From positions 64,001-128,000 of IMG/VR virus record IMGVR_UViG_3300044991_001838: a DNA stretch of 64,000 nucleotides; one strand, 5' to 3'. The notes beneath the pieces were generated by a model. It was not told where the DNA came from. It made no database searches and saw nothing but the letters and a program-made list of their open reading frames with translations. Numbering within the stretch: position 1 is the stretch's first letter; each line of letters begins with the position of its first letter. The DNA is from a virus. Taxonomy: Duplodnaviria; Heunggongvirae; Uroviricota; Caudoviricetes. The position numbers and the translations under genes are program-made. Shown piece by piece: positions 18,504 through 27,974 of the stretch.

Positions 18504-19714
18504 TATACAATTGATTTATAGAATTCCGCTCTTGTTTTTGTTACGATGTTAAGGTCATATTTGTCTTTTACAGTCTCATATAGTCTTTCACCCATATCTT
18601 TTGCTAAGTTAGGGTTTTTTACTAACTTTTCAATAAATTTCGCCCAATCAGAATGATTTCTATTTTCATCAACTAACATAGCGTTTCCATCAACAAACTC
18701 TCCATTTTTTAAACAATGTTTTAAGTCGATAGTATATGGTCCTAAATCAGATGCTATTAAAGCCTTTTTATAGAATCCCGCCTCAATTACTTTTAATTGA
18801 GATTTCATTCTATTAAACATAGTGTTTTTAATTGGTGATAAAGAAACATCAAACTTAGAATAATTTTTAGCATATGATGTTACAGGTTTTGTCCAAACTC
18901 TAACATATGATTCATCTAAATCACCTGTATAGATATCTTGATTGTAGTTTACCAAATGTTTTTTATATTCATCTGATACAATAGAATAATCTTGTGTAAA
19001 TATTTTTTCATATTGAGCCCAAACGGTTTCATGTGGAAGAATATTTCGTTTTGTTTGTTCTCCTGTTTGAGCGTTAATTTCAGTAACAGTTCCTCTTGTG
19101 TCAAAACCACAAAGAACATATTGAACTTTATCTTTAAGAGATTTTATTTTACTAAACCCTTGGTCTAACAATTGTATGTCGTGTAAGTGAGAAGAACCAC
19201 CTAACCAACCAATTCTAAGTTTATTAGACTCTAATGTTGGTTCTTTAAATTGAGATTCGTTAGGGTTAATTGCGTTAGGGAATACAACAACATTCTTGTT
19301 TAATTTTTTGATTTCATCGGCAAATATTGTGGTTGTAGTTGTTACATACTTTGCAACTTTTAAATTCTCAACAATCTTTTCGTTGATTTTGTGAACTTTA
19401 ATAATATCGTGAATTGGGTGCTCTTTTCCTGGCATCCAATAATCGTCAATATCACAAATAGTAATTACCCCTAAAGAATTTAATTTTTCAATAAGTTGTT
19501 TGGCCCTTTCAAAATCAGGCCCAATACTTCTATGGAATGATACTATTTGGTATTGAGTCCAATAATTAATATCGTCAAATGGTGGGTCATATACAATATC
19601 GACATAAAAATCATCAGGATATTGATTTTGTAAAAAAATGTGAGGGTCTACTGACCTAAACTTACCAACTCCTGTTCTATCGGATGGTACTACTAGTACT
19701 TTAATTTTTGACAT
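18503..19714 (-). CDS. GT-B glycosyltransferase
   Basis: DIDDYW, RIGWLGGSSHLHDI, FNRMKSQLKVIEAG. Confidence 0.75.
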   Translation of the reverse strand: MSKIKVLVVPSDRTGVGKFRSVDPHIFLQNQYPDDFYVDIVYDPPFDDINYWTQYQIVSFHRSIGPDFERAKQLIEKLNSLGVITICDIDDYWMPGKEHPIHDIIKVHKINEKIVENLKVAKYVTTTTTIFADEIKKLNKNVVVFPNAINPNESQFKEPTLESNKLRIGWLGGSSHLHDIQLLDQGFSKIKSLKDKVQYVLCGFDTRGTVTEINAQTGEQTKRNILPHETVWAQYEKIFTQDYSIVSDEYKKHLVNYNQDIYTGDLDESYVRVWTKPVTSYAKNYSKFDVSLSPIKNTMFNRMKSQLKVIEAGFYKKALIASDLGPYTIDLKHCLKNGEFVDGNAMLVDENRNHSDWAKFIEKLVKNPNLAKDMGERLYETVKDKYDLNIVTKTRAEFYKSIV

Positions 19715-19730
19715 AAATTTATTTTATACT

Positions 19731-19738
19731 CAAAAGTA
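19731..19738 (-). promoter_or_regulatory. Bacteroidetes-type -7 element (TACTTTTG) heading the glycosylation operon
   Basis: Matches TAnnTTTG, 16 nt upstream of ATG 19714; upstream TTTG spacing is non-canonical (13 nt). Confidence 0.4.
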
Positions 19739-19767
19739 TAAGAATTTAAGTCAAATAAGAAAAGGCG

Positions 19768-20403
19768 TTAAGATAATTTTTTAATTTTGGTTACTTTACC
19801 TTCAAACACATGTTTACCAACTTTAAAACTAAAGATTTCATTAGATTTTTCAGCACTTTCTGTGACTAACCCATTTTCTTTTAACGCTTTGGTAATCGCC
19901 TCATTAATCATTTTTTGAATTAATCTGTAGTTAATTCCCTCTCCTGTACTTTTTTGAGTTTGAGATACAGGTTGTTGTGTGGTTTTTGTAGATTCGGAAA
20001 CATAGTTGCCTTCATTTCCAGTTTTCATTAACCTTGTAGCCCTTTCAATTAAATCATTAGATAATGTTGCTTCTTGTTGTTGTGGTTGATTAATAGGATG
20101 TTCCATCATTAATCTTTTAATTTCGTCAGGTAGTTTTGAATTTTTAATGGCATCAACACTTGTATTACCTACTGGTTTTGTATTCACTCTTGGAAGTTCT
20201 GACAAATAAGGTTGTTGACCTTGTCCCATAGATGGTTGTTCTTGTAGAAATTCTTGAGGTATATTATATTTTGCTTGTGGCATACTAAATTCTTGAACCA
20301 TATTTTGTGGTTGTGAATTGGTAGGACTACCCTTAATATTGTCTGTTTTGTCCATAATAGCCTTAGACGCTACTAATCTACTCATTAAATCATTTTCGTT
20401 CAT
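19768..20403 (-). CDS. Hypothetical Q/P-rich protein
   Basis: Likely start MNENDLMSRL at 20403; the track's 20508 start overlaps the upstream gene and reads as shadow sequence. Confidence 0.7.
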   Translation of the reverse strand: MNENDLMSRLVASKAIMDKTDNIKGSPTNSQPQNMVQEFSMPQAKYNIPQEFLQEQPSMGQGQQPYLSELPRVNTKPVGNTSVDAIKNSKLPDEIKRLMMEHPINQPQQQEATLSNDLIERATRLMKTGNEGNYVSESTKTTQQPVSQTQKSTGEGINYRLIQKMINEAITKALKENGLVTESAEKSNEIFSFKVGKHVFEGKVTKIKKLS

Positions 20404-20404
20404 A

Positions 20405-20875
20405 TTATGTAATGTTTTCTTCTGGTGTTGGTGTTGTTGTTGGCGTTGCAGGTGTTGGATTAGTTGGTAATGGTTGTGGGACTGTTGGTTGATTATCAAA
20501 TTTTGCATTGATAATTACACTGACCATACTCTTATCACCGTTAAAATTATAATTAGGTCTTGGAGTATTGTAAACTTCACCTGTTGGTTTAATTGATAAT
20601 ATCTTATCTAATCTAAAAAGTCTCCACCCTGGTAAGGGCTGTTCACCTTTATATGCGGTATGGGAAGCACCTTCATCATCCCATGCTCTTAAAACTTTAT
20701 TACCTGCTTTACTTACCCCTAGACAAACAGGTTCAATTTCTCTAATACCCCTACCTCCTGGTTCATCACCATCGTAATAAACAATAACTTTTTGTCTCTG
20801 TTTAATAGCGTCAACAACACTATCAATAGAGGCAATTTCGCATATTAAACCTTTAAGAGTATCTTTTAATTTCAT
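20405..20875 (-). CDS. Stand-alone WYL-domain-like protein with P/T-rich tail
   Basis: IREIEPVCLG...VLRAW...WRLFRLDKI. Confidence 0.7.
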   Translation of the reverse strand: MKLKDTLKGLICEIASIDSVVDAIKQRQKVIVYYDGDEPGGRGIREIEPVCLGVSKAGNKVLRAWDDEGASHTAYKGEQPLPGWRLFRLDKILSIKPTGEVYNTPRPNYNFNGDKSMVSVIINAKFDNQPTVPQPLPTNPTPATPTTTPTPEENIT

Positions 20876-21168
20876 TAGAAATTAGGATATGTTTTTGATG
20901 AGTTAAATTTATTAATTTTGATTTCGCTTTTTCTTTCTATCACATCATTAATAGTACCTGCGTTTACATTGTAAACATCTAAAAATGAGCCTGTTCCTCT
21001 TCCCATTGAATCTCCGTCCGCAACCGCGTCTTTGTTTACTGAAGAATATGGATTACCTGCTTCGTTGTAATCATTTTTAGGTATTAATTTTGCTCTTTCG
21101 GCATCAGCTATCGCGGTAAGAGCGTTTGGTTCATTTTGACTTAAATCAACAATTAGTTCGTTTGCCAT
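20875..21168 (-). CDS. Hypothetical protein
   Basis: 97 aa ORF in operon. Confidence 0.65.
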   Translation of the reverse strand: MANELIVDLSQNEPNALTAIADAERAKLIPKNDYNEAGNPYSSVNKDAVADGDSMGRGTGSFLDVYNVNAGTINDVIERKSEIKINKFNSSKTYPNF

Positions 21169-21170
21169 GA

Positions 21171-21647
21171 TTATAGTTTTGAAATTATTTCGTTTATTCT
21201 TTTAAGACTTTCAGTGACTGCCGAATTATATCTGTCAACAGTTCTTGTATGTTCTTGAGAAGGTCTTACATTTGTAAAATTTTTCTTTTCGTGAGGTTTA
21301 ATAAATTGGTTTTGCATTCCAGCATCCATTTTATTAGTTTTGGTCATTTTATTGTAATCCCTCATTTTTCTTAATTCATTCTCAACCCAATTCTTTATTA
21401 CAACTCCACCATTTAATATAAATGGAGCTTCATGGTGATTACCTTTAAAATTATCAAAAAAGTTTTTTATTCTTTTTAATTGTCGGTATTCAATGAAATT
21501 TTGTGTTTGTAATTCTTGGTTTCTATTAAATCCTTCGGTATTTTCATCAGCATTTTTAACTATACGAAAACATTTTTTCATATGTTCTTGTTTGTCTTTA
21601 GGAAATTCAATTTCCCCTTTCGCCGAACCGTATAAATCTTTATTCAC
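21171..21647 (-). CDS. Hypothetical protein
   Basis: 158 aa ORF in operon. Confidence 0.65.
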   Translation of the reverse strand: MNKDLYGSAKGEIEFPKDKQEHMKKCFRIVKNADENTEGFNRNQELQTQNFIEYRQLKRIKNFFDNFKGNHHEAPFILNGGVVIKNWVENELRKMRDYNKMTKTNKMDAGMQNQFIKPHEKKNFTNVRPSQEHTRTVDRYNSAVTESLKRINEIISKL

Positions 21648-22446
21648 TCTTTAATAATTTAATTAATTCAGAAATAGACAAACCTTCTTTTTCTGCTTGT
21701 TTTTTCAGACTATTTATATTTCTTTTTAATATTTTAGAAGCATCAAGTTCTTTTTTATTAACATCGGCATCATCAGACGAACTTTTTTTAGTTAATAAAT
21801 ACTCAACCATTTTGATGGCTTTTTGTTTTTGTATTTCAGATAATGTCGCTCTTGTAATAAAATTCTTATCTTTATAGTAAGGTGATTTTTTATCTTTTTT
21901 ACCTGAAGGGTCTTTACCTTGTTGTTTTGTTCTTTCCTTTGCATCATCAGGTTCCATACCCATATTTTTAATTAAATATTCATATGTTTCTGGCCCATCC
22001 ATATTTTCAGTTTCTTCATATCCAAAAGCTCCTGACATATCAATTTCTTTCATTTCACTTTCACCATAGTAAGTTCTATATCCACGAGAGATTGGGTCAT
22101 TTGTAATTCTGGCGGCAGCTACCGTTTGGTCCATTGTTTTTCTTGGATGAAGTTTTGGGTCCAAAATAGGAATTGCGGAATTTGACATTGCACCATCATC
22201 ATTTACTAATTCTTCCAAATCAGTTTTTAATGTTTTGGTATCTTTGATTTTTTTCTCCTGTGCAATTTTTTTCAAATGTTTTTTTACCTTCTCACCCTTA
22301 CTTTTTTCAAAGTGAATTACCTCGTCTTTTTTACGAGCTTCAGTCAAATTACCCTCTACAGAGAAATATAGAGAATATTTGCTCCCTTTATCTCTTAGGA
22401 GAAAATAATACGGTGATGAGTAAAATTCGTTATCTGTGGCAATCAT
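21640..22446 (-). CDS. Hypothetical protein
   Basis: Start probably MIATDNEF (22446) or MLKEK (22461), downstream of the TATTTATA motif. Confidence 0.7.
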   Translation of the reverse strand: MIATDNEFYSSPYYFLLRDKGSKYSLYFSVEGNLTEARKKDEVIHFEKSKGEKVKKHLKKIAQEKKIKDTKTLKTDLEELVNDDGAMSNSAIPILDPKLHPRKTMDQTVAAARITNDPISRGYRTYYGESEMKEIDMSGAFGYEETENMDGPETYEYLIKNMGMEPDDAKERTKQQGKDPSGKKDKKSPYYKDKNFITRATLSEIQKQKAIKMVEYLLTKKSSSDDADVNKKELDASKILKRNINSLKKQAEKEGLSISELIKLLKSE

Positions 22447-22461
22447 CTTTTCTTTTAACAT

Positions 22462-22488
22462 ATAAATACTCTGAAACAAGGTATTTAT
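22462..22488. promoter_or_regulatory. Divergent pair of TATTTAT putative late promoters
   Basis: ATAAATAC (22462-22469) and GTATTTAT (22481-22488) form a perfect inverted repeat at the minus/plus strand switch. Confidence 0.55.
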
Positions 22489-22497
22489 CATTAGTTT

Positions 22498-25400
22498 ATG
22501 GCATATCAAAATATTAATCAATATAATTTTAGGAGATGGGGTATTAAACCCGTCAACGAAATCACGGACATATGTCTCGCATCAGATGAGAAAGACTATG
22601 ACCAAGAGGTGATATTCTCCCCATTATTAATAGGTGAGGACGATGGTAATAGAATGCCATTTAAGTTTGACTTTAATAGTTCGGGTACCACAATTTGTCA
22701 AACAGGTGGATGTAATTTTGATACCAATACTATCGTATCTGAAAATTATTGGAACCCTGACCACCTTGACCCAAACTTTTGTCCTGTAGTTACAAATTTA
22801 TGTGACGTTGGGTTAACTGGTATAGATAATGGTCTTGTTAAGAATATGTCAGGTGAGACAATTCAAATTACTACAGGACTTTATACTTCATCTGCTGACA
22901 CATATAGTAGATACAAATACGATAGGAGAATGAAAATGCATCCTATCACAGGATTTACTACAACTCAAAATAGATTATGGAACGATAATTCATATTCATA
23001 TGACATGTCTTATGTCACCAATGGAACACCTGTTGGATATTTTGCAAGATTAAATGGTGGGTTCTTCCAAGGATTTTATAAATTATCTGATTATGATTAT
23101 CAAGTATTCCCTCAAAGAGTTTCATTAGGTTGGACTGCGGAGTTTGTATTGAAATATAGATGGACAGGTGATACTAATGTTGGATTAAACGCTCGTTATC
23201 CTGACAATAAAGGAACATTCTTTTATATGGGGGCAAGAGCTGAAAATAAATTCTATCATTATGCTGACGGTTCACCAAAACAAGACACAGGTTATACAAG
23301 AGTAACATCAGGATTAACTTGTATGCATACTTGTGGATGTGCAAGTAGTGCCAATACCTCATCAGAGTGTCTTCAAGTCTATCAACCATCAGGAGGAACA
23401 ATAACACATTGTACTTGTGGATGTCCTTGTGATTGCCAAACAACCGCCAAATACCCTGAAAAAGACCCATTATATGATGGAGTCTCAAATGGTATATCTC
23501 TTAGACTTAGTGGTGATACAGGAAACCCAAGGTTATGTGTTAAGACTTATAGAATTACCGGAGGATGTGAACATAGTGGAACTTGTCTTACAGGATTAAC
23601 ATATCATACAGGAACCTCAGTTACCGAATGGTGTTCAACCAGAGGTATCTTTAGTGATTGTAGTGGAACCACATACCCTAATGTAGAACATTGGGTTCAA
23701 ATTGATGCGGTATTCCAAAGAAAAGAATGGTTTGATAAATGTGACCTATATGAAAAGGGTGGTCTTGGGTTATTAGTTAAACAAGAATATTTTGCAACTA
23801 TTGAAAACAGAAGTCCTACATTAGTTGAACCACCTTTGACACACGAACAACCTTATAACCCACCATATACCGAAGTCGTTACATTTAACGATATGTGGAC
23901 CGAAGAACAAAAATATAGATTAGGTAATCTTAAATTTTATGTTAACGGTAAATTGTTTATGGTTGCGGAAAACTTTGAAGAAATTATCCCAAGACTTCTT
24001 AATGTTGAAAAAGAAAAACAAATTGGTGTTGGATATAACATCTCTGTGGGTGGGGGAACTCAAGGATTACATGATAATCTTACTTTTTCTGCAGGATGTC
24101 CTGCCGAGTTAAGTGGTATTACATATCAACAAGACCCTGAATGTTTAACAACAAATGATTTAACACATACCGAATATTCAGGACTTACAACTCAAATTAG
24201 GTTGGAAGAAATATTTGGAGGTAGTTTGATTGGGGATATCAGTGCATTTAGAATGTACACCGAACCATTAAATGCCTCTCAAATTAAACATAATTTTAGA
24301 ATATTAAAATATAAGTATGACCTACTTGACCCTAATTGTTTAAATTGTAGAATCATTATTCCAAATAATGATTTAATTTACATTTCAGTACCATGTAATG
24401 ACTTAGGATATACATTATATCCATGTCCAACCGTGACACCAACAATGACTCAAACTCAAACTCCTACTCCAACAAATACACAAACTTCTACTCCAACAAA
24501 TACACAAACACCAACAAATACGCAAACTTCTACCCCAACAAACACAAAAACACCAACTCCTTCAGTTACTGTAGGATTAACACCTACCGCAACTCCAACT
24601 AATACTGAGACGCCAACTAAGACGCCAACAAACACACCAACCAATACTAAAACTCCAACAATGACACCAACTAACACAACAACACCTACGGTAACACCAA
24701 CTAATACTAAAACCCCAAATCAAACTCCAACTAACACATCAACTCCTACAATAACACCAAGTAATTCTTCATGTAAGAGTTATTTGTTATTTGGTGGAAT
24801 TCAAAATCAAACAACCTTTGTTGGTATTGATTGCGATGGATTTGCTTTTGATACCTTCTTAGATGTGTATGCTACTCAAGTTATTTGTGCTGAATCTGTT
24901 CAAATTGCCGACGGGGATGGTAATATTACACTATTAGGTAGTTGTCCTTTACCAACCCCAACTCAAACCCCTACTAATACCGTAACAAAAACTCCAACTC
25001 AAACTCAAACCCCAACTCAAACTAATACAAAAACACCAACTCAAACTCCAACCAATACAATGACTCAAACACCAACTAATACAATGACACCAACTCAAAC
25101 CTCAACTAATACAATGACACCAACTCAAACCCCTACTAATACAATGACACAAACCCCAACTAATACAATGACACAAACCCCAACTAATACAATTACACAA
25201 ACCCCAACTAATACAGAAACTCCAACGCAAACACCAACACCTACAAGGTCTAGAACCGAATTTGTTAGTTGTTATGGATTGACACAAGTTGATGCATGTT
25301 CATGTTTAGATAATTCTACAATATGGGGGGATAACTCTAATTTTGATGAAAACGCATTTTTCTATGATTCAGAATTTGGTGGTAATACAACAGATTTAAT

Positions 25401-26211
25401 AGGTTATTACAATTATTCAAATGTTGTTGTTGAACTTAATTCAAATGGGGATATTGTGGGTAATTATAATCTATGTCCAATTCCAACCCAAACTCAAACA
25501 CCAACTCAAACTCAGACTCCTACGAATACTGAGACAGGAACTTCTACCCCAACCCCAACAAACACGGAAACTCTGACTCAAACACCTACACCTACAAATA
25601 CCAAAACACCAACTCAAACACCAACTCAAACAAATACAGAGACCCCAACTAGTACACCAACACCAACACCTACACCTAATTATAATGTAACATTTATCAA
25701 TAATTCAACAAACGGAATAATAGAAGCCTTTGCGGATAACAGTGGACAAATACCATTATTTGATTCAACAAGTTCATTGCCTTTGAATGGTGGTGGCCAA
25801 GTACTTTTTGCAAATCATGGGTTAACTTCTAATTCACCTCAAATTGCGTTAAATGGTACAGGTTCTGTAACAATTCAAATTAAAATTAATGGAAATGTTT
25901 TAGTGGATTCAGAGACTGTTGTACCTAGCTCAATTGGTGTAACACCAGGAGGTGTTCCATTGCAAGCATCTGATGTTTTAATTATAACAATTGGAGATAT
26001 TCCACCAACACCGACACCAACTCAAACAGAAACTCCAACTCAAACACCAACAAATACTGAGACCCAAACTCCAACTCCAACAAATACTAATACCCCGACT
26101 AACACCGAAACACCAACACCGACACCAACACCAACTGAATTAGTTTTCTTGGCTCAAGAAAATTATTTTACCATACAACAAGAAGATGGTTTTAATATTT
26201 TCGTAACCTAA
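22498..26211 (+). CDS. Large putative virion fibre protein: LamG/ConA-like N-region, Cys-bounded modules, four Thr/Pro-rich tracts
   Basis: IGDISAFRMYTEPLNASQIKHNF (LamG-like end); PT/QT/NT repeats; many Cys. Confidence 0.65.
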   Translation: MAYQNINQYNFRRWGIKPVNEITDICLASDEKDYDQEVIFSPLLIGEDDGNRMPFKFDFNSSGTTICQTGGCNFDTNTIVSENYWNPDHLDPNFCPVVTNLCDVGLTGIDNGLVKNMSGETIQITTGLYTSSADTYSRYKYDRRMKMHPITGFTTTQNRLWNDNSYSYDMSYVTNGTPVGYFARLNGGFFQGFYKLSDYDYQVFPQRVSLGWTAEFVLKYRWTGDTNVGLNARYPDNKGTFFYMGARAENKFYHYADGSPKQDTGYTRVTSGLTCMHTCGCASSANTSSECLQVYQPSGGTITHCTCGCPCDCQTTAKYPEKDPLYDGVSNGISLRLSGDTGNPRLCVKTYRITGGCEHSGTCLTGLTYHTGTSVTEWCSTRGIFSDCSGTTYPNVEHWVQIDAVFQRKEWFDKCDLYEKGGLGLLVKQEYFATIENRSPTLVEPPLTHEQPYNPPYTEVVTFNDMWTEEQKYRLGNLKFYVNGKLFMVAENFEEIIPRLLNVEKEKQIGVGYNISVGGGTQGLHDNLTFSAGCPAELSGITYQQDPECLTTNDLTHTEYSGLTTQIRLEEIFGGSLIGDISAFRMYTEPLNASQIKHNFRILKYKYDLLDPNCLNCRIIIPNNDLIYISVPCNDLGYTLYPCPTVTPTMTQTQTPTPTNTQTSTPTNTQTPTNTQTSTPTNTKTPTPSVTVGLTPTATPTNTETPTKTPTNTPTNTKTPTMTPTNTTTPTVTPTNTKTPNQTPTNTSTPTITPSNSSCKSYLLFGGIQNQTTFVGIDCDGFAFDTFLDVYATQVICAESVQIADGDGNITLLGSCPLPTPTQTPTNTVTKTPTQTQTPTQTNTKTPTQTPTNTMTQTPTNTMTPTQTSTNTMTPTQTPTNTMTQTPTNTMTQTPTNTITQTPTNTETPTQTPTPTRSRTEFVSCYGLTQVDACSCLDNSTIWGDNSNFDENAFFYDSEFGGNTTDLIGYYNYSNVVVELNSNGDIVGNYNLCPIPTQTQTPTQTQTPTNTETGTSTPTPTNTETLTQTPTPTNTKTPTQTPTQTNTETPTSTPTPTPTPNYNVTFINNSTNGIIEAFADNSGQIPLFDSTSSLPLNGGGQVLFANHGLTSNSPQIALNGTGSVTIQIKINGNVLVDSETVVPSSIGVTPGGVPLQASDVLIITIGDIPPTPTPTQTETPTQTPTNTETQTPTPTNTNTPTNTETPTPTPTPTELVFLAQENYFTIQQEDGFNIFVT
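24427..24759 (+). repeat. Thr/Pro-rich coding repeat tract 1
   Basis: (PT/QT/NT/KT)n. Confidence 0.9.
24952..25245 (+). repeat. Thr/Pro-rich coding repeat tract 2, with TPTNTMTQ-type units
   Basis: Repeated ccaactaatacaatgacacaaacc-like 24-mers. Confidence 0.9.
25483..25677 (+). repeat. Thr/Pro-rich coding repeat tract 3
   Basis: [18 protein letters not shown]... Confidence 0.9.
26002..26136 (+). repeat. Thr/Pro-rich coding repeat tract 4
   Basis: [21 protein letters not shown]... Confidence 0.9.
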
Positions 26212-26241
26212 ACTTAATAATATTTATAAAATAAAAAGAAT

Positions 26242-26811
26242 ATGCCGAATTTACCAATATCACAATTACCTGAAATAACCGCCACGACATCGAATGCTGA
26301 ATATGTTGTTGCTCAAGATGGTGTTACATATAAAATTAAAAGAGGTTATATGGCGAGCGGTAAATTATATGGTTCGTTTTATCAAGAAAATAGTATATCA
26401 GGATTAACACCTGATACTGCATATTCTATGAGTGCTTCGACAACATCCTCTAATAATGGGATAACGGTTGTTGATGGGTCAAAAATGACAGTTCAAAGTG
26501 GTGGAACATTTAATATACAATTTTCCGCTCAATTACAAAAACAACAAGGAGGGTCATCAGAAAGTATTACAATATGGTTGAGGAAAAATGGTGTTAATGT
26601 TGATTGGTCGTCAACTGATATTACATTCGCTAATAATAATCAACTTGTGGTGGCAGCTTGGAATTTTGTGGAAACATTATCAGCGGGTGAAAATTTGGAA
26701 ATTATGTTTTCAATAACGGATACTGAAATAATCATATACGGAAACCCATCAAGAATAACACCAATAAGACCGGCAATTCCATCTGTTATTATAACAATGG
26801 TTCAAATATAG
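26242..26811 (+). CDS. Putative virion protein with ISQLP N-motif and C1q/BclA-C-like domain
   Basis: PISQLPE; GTFNIQFSAQL...IWLRKNG...AAWNF..TLSAGENLEI. Confidence 0.55.
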   Translation: MPNLPISQLPEITATTSNAEYVVAQDGVTYKIKRGYMASGKLYGSFYQENSISGLTPDTAYSMSASTTSSNNGITVVDGSKMTVQSGGTFNIQFSAQLQKQQGGSSESITIWLRKNGVNVDWSSTDITFANNNQLVVAAWNFVETLSAGENLEIMFSITDTEIIIYGNPSRITPIRPAIPSVIITMVQI

Positions 26812-26813
26812 AA

Positions 26814-27386
26814 ATGAACACAACAGACTGTAATTATTTTAGGATAACAAATTATAATACCGTACAAGAAGGTTATTATAGATGGACAGGATGTACTGAT
26901 ATTGTTAGTGTTAGTACTATAGACCCACTTAAAACCGAATATGTTTGTGCAAAAGATATTCTTGTTGAAAGTTATAGTGCTCCTTTAGATATTGTCTTTG
27001 TAGGATTATGTCCGTCAACAACACCTACACCAACCGTCACCTCAACTCCAACACAAACATCAGTAACACCAACACCAACATCTACTTCTCCCACACCAAC
27101 TGTTACACCAACACCAACTGTTACACCAACAACTGTTTTTATGTATAATTTACGAACAGGAGGTTGGTATCAAGATGTTTGTGGTTCTGTTAATATGACG
27201 GCTAATCCAGCAAATGTGACCATTTATACATCAAAACTTTTTTCAAATTTAGTTAAAGGTGATTATGTTTATGGTGATAAATCTTTAACAATACCACCAA
27301 ATGGTACCAATTTTACAATATCCGATGGTGCCACATTTATACAATTAGGGGGTAATCAAGTTATTAATGTCGGAATTTGTGGATAA
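26814..27386 (+). CDS. Thr/Pro-rich two-module putative virion protein
   Basis: Two Cys-containing modules joined by a PTPTVT linker. Confidence 0.65.
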   Translation: MNTTDCNYFRITNYNTVQEGYYRWTGCTDIVSVSTIDPLKTEYVCAKDILVESYSAPLDIVFVGLCPSTTPTPTVTSTPTQTSVTPTPTSTSPTPTVTPTPTVTPTTVFMYNLRTGGWYQDVCGSVNMTANPANVTIYTSKLFSNLVKGDYVYGDKSLTIPPNGTNFTISDGATFIQLGGNQVINVGICG

Positions 27387-27422
27387 TGAATTATAAAGTA
27401 AAAAGTGTCTATATTTATTAAC

Positions 27423-27962
27423 ATGGCAGATTGTGGTGTATTAATTTCTAGTGTAAATTTGAGTGGATTAACAACCGAAGTTACGTTCTTTCCTCAAACG
27501 GGAGGTACCGTAGATTTAGGGTATCAAGTTTTTCCATTTAGCTATGTTGCGGATTATTATTATGGGACATATAATTGTTATGTACCAACATATGCGTATA
27601 CCTATACAATTGCCATATTAGGACCAACTCCAACTCCAACACCAACCAATACGACAACACCTACTGTGACTCCGACTCAAACACCTAGTGTAACTCCAAC
27701 TAATACGGAAACTTTAACACAAACTCCAACCCAAACGACTACTCAAACTCAAACACCTACTAATACAGGAACACCTACTCAAACACAAACGACTACTCAA
27801 ACTCAAACACCTACTAATACAGGAACACCTACTCAAACGCCAACCTACACTCAAACCCCAACCCCAACAGAAATACCTATAGTTCTTATAAACCCAATCC
27901 TAATTGATATTCCAAACGAATATCTTAGTGTTGGGAATGACGAATATCTAAAATTTAATTAA
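27423..27962 (+). CDS. Thr/Pro-rich putative virion protein
   Basis: ATG at 27423 follows TATTTAT (27412-27418); the track's GTG at 27405 is less likely. Confidence 0.65.
   Translation: MADCGVLISSVNLSGLTTEVTFFPQTGGTVDLGYQVFPFSYVADYYYGTYNCYVPTYAYTYTIAILGPTPTPTPTNTTTPTVTPTQTPSVTPTNTETLTQTPTQTTTQTQTPTNTGTPTQTQTTTQTQTPTNTGTPTQTPTYTQTPTPTEIPIVLINPILIDIPNEYLSVGNDEYLKFN
27732..27839 (+). repeat. 54-bp direct tandem duplication (53/54 identical)
   Basis: caaacgactactcaaactcaaacacctactaatacaggaacacctactcaaac(a/g) x2. Confidence 0.9.
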
Positions 27963-27974
27963 AAACACAAAAAT

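Noticed and set aside
1029-19714. Glyco-cluster as a bacterial O-antigen locus or chimeric host contig
   Set aside because: Interleaved with phage-type sigma, PhoH, dUTPase and exonuclease, similar base composition, contiguous with virion genes, and lacks Wzx, Wzy and WecA.
20404-20508. N-terminal extensions in the track (19768-20508, 21640-22521, 27405 start)
   Set aside because: They overlap neighbouring genes or promoter motifs; internal ATGs at 20403, 22446/22461 and 27423 fit better.
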